Source of the DNA: Lingula anatina
Taxonomy: Eukaryota > Animalia > Brachiopoda
NCBI GenBank assembly: GCA_051362555.1
Contig: CM120644.1
Location: 14,096,567-14,160,566 of the forward strand
DNA length: 64,000 nt
Direction of reading: 5' to 3'
Below, piece after piece: positions 52,797 through 64,000 of this stretch (position 1 is the first letter of the stretch; each line of letters opens with the position of its first letter). The notes under the pieces are model-generated. The model made no database searches and had not been told where the DNA came from. It worked only from the letters and a program-made list of their open reading frames with translations. A program made the position numbers and the translations under genes.

Positions 52797-53134
52797 GGGA
52801 TAATAACTCTTTGTATGAGATCTATATTTCACAATAAAAACATTGTGAACAACTCATAGAAATATAATATATTCCGTTTTTCTACAAAAACGGCAGTTAT
52901 ATCTATTATTCTGATATCTGAACTTTGTCATCAGACCACGTGACCTCCATTGATGGCTATACTCTGTTATAGTCTCTTAAGAGATTATAACAAAAAAACT
53001 AACTTTTTAGAAAAAAAAACAGGGACCAACTTTGAATGTGAAAATGGATTCATTAACCATTTGTAAGTGTGGGAAAATTGTTGTTTACTCCAGGAAAATT
53101 CATTTTTTGGCCAGAACGAAGAGTTATTATCCCT
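52797..53134. mobile_element. TTAA-associated MITE (Kolobok-like)
   Basis: TIR AGGGATAATAACTCT ... AGAGTTATTATCCCT; the right half recurs inverted at 63784-63945. Confidence 0.7.
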
Positions 53135-54220
53135 TTTAGTATTAGAAAAAACGCCTCGAGTATGCAGGTTAACGTTTTTGAACGTTACATACCCGAAAGG
53201 AGATGAAAAATTTTAAGCATGTTGAAAAGCAATTTCAAACACTGCTTGTATCTTCATTTTAATACCCTGGTAACACTGTGATTCCATACGTTCAATGCTG
53301 TGCGTATAATCGAAGTCACATACGGCTCACTGCATAGGTACCTTTTTACGCTTGGTGTGACAAACCCTTTACAGAGATACAATAGCTGGAAATAAGTGTG
53401 AAGCAAAATGTATCAGTGGCATAACGAGTGTTTATCAATATTCTGTAAAACAAGCAAAAACGAATGTCTTGGCTTTATGATCATACTGAATGAACAAAAT
53501 TCAGGCTGAGAATTCCACTATTGACGGAAATCGCTAAAAGAGTTTAGTAACATTTATATCTGTATACTTCGGTCAATGTTTCATATTTTATTATTAATTT
53601 TAGAAATGTGTGTTATATTTTAGTTGATTGTATATAATAAGGCAATTGTTTTCATTTAGATTTAACTCGCGCAACCATGTTTTGCACAAGGTATGTTTAA
53701 AATGTGTTTTGCTTAATAAGCTTAAGAAAAAAAAAAAGGAAAGTTAGGGCAAATGGATCATGTATCAGCTACATGTATAGATATTTCAAGTTAACTGTGC
53801 TGTGGGAGATGCATGTTATCCCGGGGGATAGCTTGAAGTTATTGATCTATGTAAGGTGTGGAAGTAATGGCAATAACATTACTTACCCCTGTAAGAGCTG
53901 GAATAACTAGTTAATTTGAAATACGTGAAGTCGGTAAGAGGTCTATGCAACCATATTTTGATTGGCATGAAATAATAAGTAATATGTAGGTGAGAATTAA
54001 GAACAATGTTCTCCTTCTTATGGACATTTATCTACAGATGAGTTGAATGGATATAGTGGCGTCCTAAGACAGAGGCATCAAGATGTATACAGAGATATCA
54101 ACGTGCGTGTTATCATAAAGGTTGTATTGTGTGAATAAATATGATGTTAGAAAGCAAAGATGAATCTGTGTGCAGTCCCTCTCACTAATTGATGAGGATA
54201 GTACTCATTATCGTCAAGCA

Positions 54221-54285
54221 ATAATATAATATAATATAATATAATATAATATAATATAATATAATATAATATAATATAATATAAT
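54221..54285. repeat. (ATAAT)n pentanucleotide microsatellite
   Basis: About 13 units. Confidence 0.95.
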
Positions 54286-54392
54286 TAGTTGCTTAAAATT
54301 CTAGGATCCAAAAGATTGAAGATTCAGGTAAACAAGGAAATAAGTGAGGTAAAACATTTTAAAAAATATTTAAAATGATGTTCTACAAAATA

Positions 54393-55236
54393 CGGAGCTT
54401 TGTTAGTATCATATTAACTTTTTTCTATTATCATTTAAGTTTTATTTTATGGTAATTCCTGGCGATCTCGGCCCGGGTGATGAATAGGTAATGAGAACCT
54501 TACATTTGCCAGATTCCGTCACTGTGCATGCTATTGTTACATACACACAAGGTTGGTGGATCTGTTCGTGGGGCCACTGCCGTTAACTTAAGTTTCCCAT
54601 CTATATTTACCACCTATATAATTAAAGTCCCGCTTGCAGTTTTATGCAAAGGGAATCCCATTGTTATTACTAAATACTTAACGTTATTTTTGGACAATGT
54701 ATTTTTAAATATTTTTGTGATGTGTTTCTTAGATCTTATCTTAATAGATGTAATCTCAGTTTCTTCGGAAAGGTTTCTTTCTACCAATATTCCCAATAAT
54801 ACGCAAGTTATTATAAAGGGAAAAGCCACGTACAACATTGCAGCATTTCGGTAATTTTTAATCTATTCGAATACTGCCCGCTTCTCCAGATTCCTGGGAT
54901 GATTGGCACATAGACCGGTTAAACCGCGTGCATGTGCATGTGCTTGTCTTGATCAACGTCCTTTCCAGACATCTGGTAAATGTTGGATTCGTATAACCTA
55001 CATGTATGCATTACCCGGGCCGAGATGGCCAGGAATTACCACCGCGTATTTTCCACCGCGGTGAAAATTATTTTCCACCGCGGTGAAAATTGATTCCCAC
55101 CGCGGTGTAAATTATTTTTCACCACGTTGAAAATAATTTTCACCGCGGTAGAAATAATTTTCACCGTGGTGAAAATTCCATAACATAAAACTTAAATGAA
55201 AATAAAAAAGGTTAATATGATACTAACAAAGCTCCG
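54393..55236. mobile_element. Long-TIR non-autonomous DNA transposon, TA-flanked, with internal palindrome array
   Basis: TA|CGGAGCTTTGTTAGTATCATATTAAC ... GTTAATATGATACTAACAAAGCTCCG|TA; arms ~90 bp. Confidence 0.85.
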
Positions 55237-57070
55237 TAACAAAAGGATATAGAAAAATACTGTATATTTTTAACTCTGGCATTTTTTAGCAGGTTGGTGT
55301 ACTTTTTCTCTACGTTCATTAGGATTTGGTTGCTAAAAGGCATTTGTTTGGGATCTGCTTAGTCTTCTTCTCTCCTTGCTCTCATTTACATTATGACTTA
55401 AACAAGTATTACCCATCAGTAGATCAGTTTCTTAAAGTGCTAAAGTGATTTTTGACAAATTGGAATAGCGTTTTCTGACACCGTGGCAACGTTTCGAGAA
55501 TAAATTGATTTCACGCACTGTGTGGTGCAAGGGCTTCTTCTGAAACAACGGTGGATCTTGAACTTGACTGAACAAGTATTAGCTGTTATGGTATCATCTT
55601 CTCGACATTGCCTTGCTTTTTGGATAATTGAAGTGGATCATTTTGTCTCAGTATAATTACAATGTCCGTTAATCCAGTTTCCTTGGGAAAAAAAAACAGT
55701 AGTGGATATACCACGAAGATTAAAGCGATTTATAAATATACATTTACACAGGTGCTGACGAGCGATGTATAAATATCTGACTGATGCTACAATTACTCTC
55801 TACCGGAGTTGTTCCAGCTGTAACAAAACTATACAATTACTTAATTACCTAATTTTGTAATAGCTTAAAAGCATGTGGTAGAAAGTACGTTGCGGTGGAT
55901 AAAAGAAGAAAAAAGACGCACGCGTGGTCTAACAGCTGTCCGTGCTTGGCGTGCTGTATGCGCGAAATACCGCGTTTTGATCTTTAAAATTAGTTTCCGA
56001 CATTCGTCGTGATAGAAATTGTCTTCCAGGAAAACCGATGATGAAGAAACACACACTGCCCGTTTGACCTTGTCACACCTATAAAGACTGACCGCAAATG
56101 AATGCAAATGAAGAAAAAAAGGCCGAGAAAGAGGAAACAGTCGACGAAATGTATCACTTTCTCGTCAAATAACGAAAAGGTTTCCGTGACCTTTATGTTC
56201 GAAAGTTTACCAAATCCGAACTGTCGTTATTCCTAATAGATTGATGTCCTAATTGCCCACATCGTTATTTGTCAACGTCAGCTGTAATTGTTTGATAAAG
56301 GGGACTTTTAGGGACGTCATCTCAGCACTGCGAAATACTGTCTAATTATGGAAATTTGAGAAGCAGAGATGTTCTGTCCTATGCCTCTCGGTTGGTCACC
56401 ATTTCACTGTTATGTATACTGAAATGTTTATGAAACATTTCCAAAACTTTCTCCTTAACCAAGTTTTATATTTAAACTTTGACTTGCTCAAAGCTACTTA
56501 ATGTTTTATATTTACATTTTTGCGAAGTGTCCATAAACGTTTTTTGTGGTAAGAGCAAGAATTAACCACATTTCCATGCAAGATATTTTGTTGATCATAC
56601 TTGATCATGCTCACAAGTGCATGACAGCTTCACGCGTAGGCAAGTGTCCATAATTTACCACGCCAAACACGCTCACGATACTTAACTTGTTTTGGTGGAC
56701 GGCTGTATGTATTTTTCGCCTTCTCTTTTTAACATGAACACAAATAAGGAGCGTTTTGGAAGATAAAGATCGTTTTAGACAGTCCCTGACCAAATCTTTT
56801 TGCCATGCAAATGCAAACATGTCCTTGCATATGTGGTACTGGAAGTTGTGGAGATGATTGCCTGTAAGTCTTAAGCTATCAATAAACGCAATCTGAGGAT
56901 AGCAGAAAATCCTACAGTTATTGACGTCAATCAATTAGGTAAAGGATATAGAAATACCCTTCCGATATACAATATTGCTTTAACCCTCTTTTTCTTTCAA
57001 AGCCCGTTGTGATGAGGTCTCACCCCAAACAAAATTAGCCTCAGCAACTCTTGCTTCTAAGGGTGCATTC

Positions 57071-57598
57071 CAGGGCCGTAGCCTGAGCAAAATACCAGGG
57101 GGGGCAGTAAGCGGACACGAGGGGGCAAAGCCCCCGATGGGGGAGGGTGTGGGATGGGGTCTCCCCCTCCCATGGTGTGGAAAAATTTTAAAAACTGTAT
57201 GTAAAATACTGCATTCTGGTGCATTTTAACTGTTATTTATTGCTCAATCAGAAGTCAGAAATTGTAGGTTCATTTTGCCATAAGTACAGTCATATTTTCA
57301 ACACAACACGCCAATTGGACTTCTTTTCGTAGATTGTCTCAGGATCAGGAATAGGATCAGGATAGCTCCCTAAGGGAGGATGAGCTTTTTGGCATGAACT
57401 GAGTTGGCTAAAAACAGTACACATTTGTAAACAGATTGTTGAATGGTTGTCTAGTGGCCATGAGTGCATTTTCTCACAGAAATGATACCAACTTTGCAAT
57501 TATTTTTTTTTACTTTTGCGATTATTTTTTTTTTTTGCACCTCAAATCCCAGGGGGGCAGCTGCCCCCCCCCCCTGCCCCCCGGAGGCTACGGCCCTG
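57071..57598. mobile_element. MITE, CAGG-terminal family, 5-bp TSD, nested in a Harbinger-like TIR
   Basis: CAGGGCCGTAGCCT ... AGGCTACGGCCCTG flanked by CATTC on both sides. Confidence 0.9.
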
Positions 57599-58050
57599 CA
57601 TTCCCATAGATTTTAGATCGATCTATCCCCGTGGGGAGTCTCACTAGATTACTGTCAGATAATCTGGCTTAAATGTCCGCCCCGCCTACTACGAGCTGTA
57701 AGGGGCTAATTAAATTTCGTGCCCGCTCGGCTGACAGCTATTTAGCGTGAACCCCCAGGGAGTTAGGTCGATCTAGTTGGATCGATCTAATCTCTGGGAA
57801 TGGGGCTAAGGGACCATTCCCACAGATATTTGGATTGATCTATCTCCCTGGGGAGTATCACTAAATTGCTATCAAACTAACCGGCTTAAATGTCTGCCAC
57901 TTTAGTAAAGCTGTAAGGGGGTAACTACCTTACCCCCTAGCTGATTCGGTAGGCGCGACAGACATTTAAGCCGGTCAAGTTGATAGCAATTTAGTAAGAC
58001 TCCCCAGGGTGTTAGACCGTTCCAGATGGATTGATCTAGGCGTGGGAACC
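57599..58050. mobile_element. Two tandem Harbinger-like palindromic MITEs
   Basis: CATTCCCA...TGGGAATGGGGC|TAA|GGGACCATTCCCA...GTGGGAA; each unit is internally palindromic and similar to the other. Confidence 0.65.
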
Positions 58051-61000
58051 CAGTCTTATAATAGCGGGGCCATGACACGTTCAATTGATCGATTAAGATC
58101 CATTTTGTTTGCATTGTACTTTGAAGTTAAAATGCTATATAATAGTGTTGAGGGAAATCATTGTCTGGGTGACAAATTTGTTAACTTGATTTTAAATTCC
58201 CTGATATATTACACCGTGCTCAGAACCGCTTGAATAATGAATTTTTGCCCACTCTCTTGCCCTTCCCATGCAGTCATCATCAAATTCATACACGAGTGTT
58301 TATGCATTGTGAAAAATTGCAGATATTTTGTTACGTGTATAGTTGTGAGGGTAGGCCAAATCTGTTGTCAAGGCGGTCGCAAGAACGGTTCAACAGGGGC
58401 CTTCATCCTCTGAAGCATTATCCTGCCTAACGGTTTAAAAAGATTTTGAAGAACAAGTAAATATTTTAAGATATGCGAAGCGTTTTTTCTTTTTGCGGTG
58501 TAAATTGTAGTTTCGAACCTTCCTAAAAGAGCCTGGGTCATTCGCGGTTTACATGGTCCAACTTCCGGAGCAGGTGCTCGACAAGTCTTTGAGGAAGGGT
58601 CTCGTGGGGAGAAAAAAACGTTTCGTCTATTTAAAAGCTAATTTACTTTTCTATACAACCGATAAGGGGAAACCTTGCCAATCGTATTATTGATTTTATA
58701 CAAGGTGTGTTGGTTATTGTCACCTAAAGTCCATATTTATGACACATGTACGTTATACAAACTCAGTACGCTTTAACAACAGTCTCATTATTTCTAGAGA
58801 ATTGTCTATGGGCACATTCAAAGCTTGGACATAATAACAAAATTACTTCTAGGAAATTGCTCAGTGCCCCATAACATGTAACTTAACAAACAACATGCAC
58901 AGAAAAACGAACAAAAATGACACTAGACTTATCAGCAAGTTACTTGATCTAACGAAGCACGTCTTTGGATCTTTTTGAAATCTTTTAATGTAAGGCCGGC
59001 GGCAAGGAACATATGTAGGGATAAATAACAGAGGCCTCCCCTCAATTACCATTATTACCGTATAACATGCATTATATACTCCAAACACGTGCCACTGTTC
59101 TATGTAAGCCAAGAAATAAACTGAATTCTGGTAAAAAGTACCCTTAGTCCGGGGCTCATTTTAGGTTCAACTTTCTCATTATTTTAACAACAAACTACAC
59201 ATTTATATGGATAATCAGTCATATGTCGTTCTTGCAGTGCTAAAAGCCCCACGTTTTATTAGAAACATCTCCATTTTTTAATCCGCAACGTGAGTAAAAA
59301 CTTCTAGTTGATTAACTTCTGCAGCAGCAAGGTACATGTAACGGTCAGGCGTTGTGGAACAGCCCACTGGTTCATTTAATCTCATATCGTGATGCCGGTC
59401 GCAGATTCATGACACCGTGCATGACAAAGCATAACGCCATTCATCAGTAATGCCTGAGTGACTTAGGTGTCATTTCCTGAAAGGCAGTTAAAAGTTTCCA
59501 AATGGTTTTTCTGGAAGCAATCAGGGTGGTCTCATCATCGACATGCTCGTGATCAGCTTGTTACATGTACAATCCAAACAAACAACGGATAATTGGCTTC
59601 TCAACAGCTTATCAGCTTTTTATCGTCTTGTCAAAAGATATTTACACTAGCTGCAGACGTCATAATTCATCAGTGGTGATATAATAAGTGACATATTGTA
59701 ATATCAAGATATCTGAGAAGGAAATGTCGGAAGTATCGTAAAAACTAAATTGTGTTTACCAGATTGTTAGGGGCTGTGCTTCTTTTGATAGGCACCTACA
59801 TTGGCATGCGCGAGTTTTCTTTGAGTTTCAAAAATAGGAATGATGGCGACTTAATTGCAGTATCTCTTTGCTAAGCAAAATTTTGATTGGAAACGTGCAT
59901 TCAGTTTGCCATGCTCGACATCTGCAAAAATGTTTTTAGGTTGAGTGTTTTATTTATTGTCCCTCCTTTGTGATATTACAAGAAAGAGAAAGGTGCAAAC
60001 GCTAGGAAGCTTAAAGAAGTAGACACCGTGTACGAGAGCGAAGAAAAAGTTGTCACACCTGAGCCGGAGGGATACCGTATTTGGCACCACAGTCAGTTGC
60101 AACAAAGCGCCAGCGCCCCCTGTGCTTGCCGCAGTTGTCGGGGTGAGGTATGGCTGTCAGAGAATCCTGACAAAGAATCCACAGAACGCTGGTATACCGC
60201 TAGGTACAGTTCTGGATATATGTATGCACTTTCAAGGCCGACATGTTTTTGTTTTTTTTCTTCAATAATTATCCCAGAATTTTGTCTGACTCATCCAACT
60301 GTAGACATTTCCTCTAACAAGCCCTTCCTGGTTGCATCTACATGTATTACTTGTTTGTGATGGTTAGATCGGCTTCCTGGAAAACGACATGTATTCGTAA
60401 TCATGTTTCTCTCGACAAATGTAGACAAGACCGCCTGCGATGATGCTATTGTGTGCACATCCTAGAGCGCATTCCTTACACTTGCTCTGACGTCCATCTA
60501 GTCATTAGGGCTTACTTGATTGCCTGTCAATCATTCTGACAGTGCTAGTGGTAACTCCTTTGAAGTAACTAACAGGAGGTGAGATTGATACAAAAATAAG
60601 ATTTTCTGACATCCAAATGCATACAAACAAGTTTTAAATTAAAATTTCAATAGGGCAATAGAGGACCCATCTTTGTGATCGTCAGTACAATAACAGGTAA
60701 AGCTGTCAACAATTTAATAAATTTGCTATTTTGAAAGGGTTTTGCTCATTTTCTTCGCTTTCAATATTGACGAGATAGCGTTATCGGTTCCAGCTACAAC
60801 TGTCTACCTGTTCACCTAAGGAAGACCAAATTCACCATGCTTATTAAGAAAAGTATGCACTAGAAGTGGTTTTTAATTTTTTTTGATTGATCTTCTCTTT
60901 TCCATTTTATTGACTTTGAAAGTGAAAATCACTTAATATTTGATGTAATTTCACGTTTTTATAGATAAAATGAACAATAAGTCTTTAAAGAAAAATCCCT

Positions 61001-63158
61001 GAACCACTTATATACCATTAAAAGCATGTTTATAGCTGTCCAGGTGCCTGAGAAAATCAGGCAAATGAAAATGTTTTTGTCCGAAAAATTCCAATATTAC
61101 GTCACGCGATGGACTTGGAGCAGTGTTTCAAGCATTACACTGTATTATATGTTTTGATGACACATTAAATGAATGTAACAGGAATATTTTAAGATAAAAT
61201 CTCCAACCTACATCCCTCCCTTAACTGCCCTCTGATAACAGGGCTCCACTAAAACAAGTACAAAATCTCACTGTGCTCTTCAACATTTTTATAACAGACT
61301 ACCAACGCGCCCTGTTGTACTATTTAACCATGATGAAGGGAAGTGATTGCAGTCATCATTTTCAGTGTTAAGAGATACTGGTAGTATTAAACTTACCTTT
61401 TTCAAACTAGTCGTGTTCACAAAAGGCTGTAATCTTTAAAAAGAGAAACTAAAAATAACCGAGATAGAGAGAAGGAGAGAAAAAGAGAAAGATTGAAGGC
61501 ACGCAATACGAAAAAAAATGATACTGGGAAGATTGTTCTTTCCTCCATTTTGTATGTAATATATTGATGCTTTTTTTCAACCTTTCTTTCTAGATACTGG
61601 GTATTAGATATTTTACATATTCTTTATTCTCATTTCTATTCCGTAATTTAATATATATTACAATAATGAGTTTGTGTTTAATATATAATTCCCTCCTGTT
61701 ATCGGCCATCATTTTCATTATTGAACAGATTTGCATGATGTAATAAATAATTATAATATGATCAAATAGATAAATATATAAATAAACGGTGTGTTGAAAA
61801 ATTGTTTTTTGTTACATATAAATATATGAATGTCACTGAATGTCATTGAGAGACCACTTAAGGATTAGGCGATCTTCCATTTATGTAGGTTCGCCATATT
61901 TAGGTCTCGGCCTTGCTAGACCTCGGCTCTTTTCGATGTGAATGCTCTCTTTCACTATCCTGTCGCCTCAACAAACAATGGTGAACTGCTGGTTGCTGTA
62001 TTCTCACAGTCGGAATGACATCCTGAGATACCCCATAGCAACTGCTCCTGCTGTTAATGGCACCTAATTACAGCGGATCGTCGCGCTGGAGCACAGTTAA
62101 TATTACATGTACAGTACAGCGCGTGCGGACATAAAAAGCTGATCGACCAGACTGGCCGGCCACATAGTTTTGCACGTGTTGAGAGACAAGAAGCAACTCT
62201 ATAGGTAATGGTGGCTTGGATTTTCATCAATTCTTCACGACACAGCCAACGGCAATTCACTCTCAGCTTTGATACGGGAATAATCCTGTCTGCATATAAC
62301 CCTACTATAGTAGTATCTTGTAAATCCAAAGATGTATGACAAGAAAAAGGAAGAAATAATCCGTTAAAAGATATCGACGTTTCTCCATTTCTTGTCTACA
62401 GTGCACGGACTGCGCAACTCGTTGTCTGCTGCTGAATCCAACCAATCAAAGCCGAAATTGATGCATGCGCCATCCTCACATATATGTATATGATGTATAG
62501 GTGTGTTGATGCAAGAGACACCAGTTGCAAAGACATTGCTTGCCCATGAAGTGCGACAAACACGACTGGTTGTATACCTAAATGTTTCATCCACCGTGTA
62601 TTCGTGAAGATAATAACTATGAAAAGCAGTTCCGCTGAAGTCAGGGAAATAACACTATCGGAGTAAGGAAGCGCTATTAGAATCGAGATACCGAATTGAA
62701 CAAGACACCATCGTAAGACATATGAAATATTAATATACCTGTACGTGCGAGAAAAACAAGAAGTGAGAATTGACGCTGTAATTAATCAGACGTTTTCTTC
62801 GGGAACTATTCATTCATAAGGCTGACCTTTTTATGAGCAACAAATTGGCTTTTGATAACTCTATTGAAGGATTAATAAACCTCATACTACTGAGGGTACA
62901 AACAATGCAATGTGCAATAATTTGAATTTCTATGAAACAAGACGTACATGTATTTTCACAAAACCGATTTAGTGAATAAAATGACAAATATTGAACTTAG
63001 GGGCCATATCGATGTCAATACACACTAAAACCGTGAACACGCTGCTTTGGAATAGATAAGCTGGATGATTAAAAAGTGGCAATAAAGACCACGTTGTGAG
63101 TTGACAGGCGATAAGTAAGGCGCTCATTCGCGTTCGAGAAAGCATCAAATGAAAGAAA

Positions 63159-63766
63159 ATGGCGTCTGGTCAAGGCGGACAGTCCTCTCACGTAGACTCA
63201 GGGGATGAGCCAACGGAGAACAGCCCAGGTCGCACAATGTCGGCGCGGCCAAACATCGGGCACACAGGTTCCGTTATTAGAATAGCTGAAGAACCCAGCA
63301 ACGATGTCGCCGTTCACGTCCAAACATCACACGCAGCCGACAGCGGCCAAGATTTCTCTCACGAAGAAATAGACCGCCATCATGATAAAAACTTCCTCCA
63401 AAAGTACGTACTGGGAGACATTCAAATCCTATCGCAGTGGCTCAGTAACAAACACTTCAGTTTACGCTTTCTCAACTGGTTCGCCCGCGCACTCGGAGCG
63501 CCGATATTTCTCAATAACCCCATATCTGGGTCTATTATTCTGATATCTATGTTTATTAACAACTCTTGGACTGCAGTGTGCGGTGTATTAGGACTATGTG
63601 CCGCAATAGGCACTGCACTCATACGCAGAGAAGATGTAAATAGCATCGAGGCTGGCGGTTGCACGTTTCACGGCCTGCTGGTCGGTATAGCGGTGTCGAC
63701 ATCGGTCGAGAAATACGACTGGTATCCGTGGGTGGTAGTGCCTGTGGTGGTCCTCGCTGTTATCAG
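63159..63766 (+). CDS. Urea transporter (SLC14/UT family), first coding exon; gene continues beyond the window
   Basis: FLNWFARALGAPIFLNNPISGSIILISMFINNSW...FHGLLVG...DWYPWVVVP aligns with the UT N-terminal repeat (FxDWxLRGxxQVxFxNNPxSG...YNxxLVG...WWLLLP); donor AG|GTAGGT. Confidence 0.85.
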
Positions 63767-63783
63767 GTAGGTTGTTACCTTAA

Positions 63784-63945
63784 AGGGATAACAACTGTTT
63801 ATTTTGACCACAAAATGAACTTTCTTGGGGTAAAGGACAATTTTCCCATACTAACCAATTGTAAATGAATCCATTCCCACATTCAAAATTAGTCCCTACT
63901 TGTTTTGTAAAATAGTTTTTTTTATGTAATAATCTCTTTGAGTTG
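63784..63945. mobile_element. Kolobok-like MITE end in the urea-transporter intron
   Basis: TTAA|AGGGATAACAAC...; reverse complement of ~52975-53134. Confidence 0.65.
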
Positions 63946-64000
63946 CCTTTGCTTATACATTGCAACGAAATAATATAACGCCTATATTTTATATTTTCGA

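Noticed and set aside
55020-55178. CRISPR-like palindromic repeats
   Set aside because: No unique spacers, no cas genes, eukaryotic context, inside a transposon arm.
62364-62594. Faint resemblance to a tyrosine-recombinase C-terminus (YTTSRVCRTSWASNVFATGV)
   Set aside because: Lacks the HxxR catalytic motif; too weak without a search.

Overview
AT-rich, intron-containing animal genomic DNA. It is probably a marine invertebrate such as a mollusc (inference from gene content, GT-AG introns, frequent TACATGTA and the MITE types); it is not prokaryotic. Splicing by eye gives: (1) the terminal RING-finger exon of a + strand gene at 7909-8295; (2) a minus-strand tandem family of secreted proteins built as signal peptide + conserved YIGxDGLAAWxKxWL helix + coiled coil + one group-A SRCR domain, with four complete two-exon genes and a fifth paralog lacking the SRCR; (3) a TMEM70/186/223-like two-TM gene inside that cluster, whose 3' tail was co-duplicated twice; (4) a coiled-coil protein with a C-terminal CARD-like domain; (5) a secreted 10-Cys Ly6/three-finger protein with a long His/Tyr/Gly loop; (6) a head-to-head pair of secreted LamG/ConA-like + PAN/Apple genes; (7) the first coding exon of a urea-transporter (SLC14) gene with atypical pore motifs. 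The 7-26 kb region is a segmental duplication containing a chimeric SRCR gene. Many MITEs have verifiable TIRs/TSDs, including a piggyBac element nested in a Tc1 fossil. Overall it reads as a fast-evolving, possibly innate-immune/recognition gene neighbourhood. All family calls are from motif recognition, not database searches.
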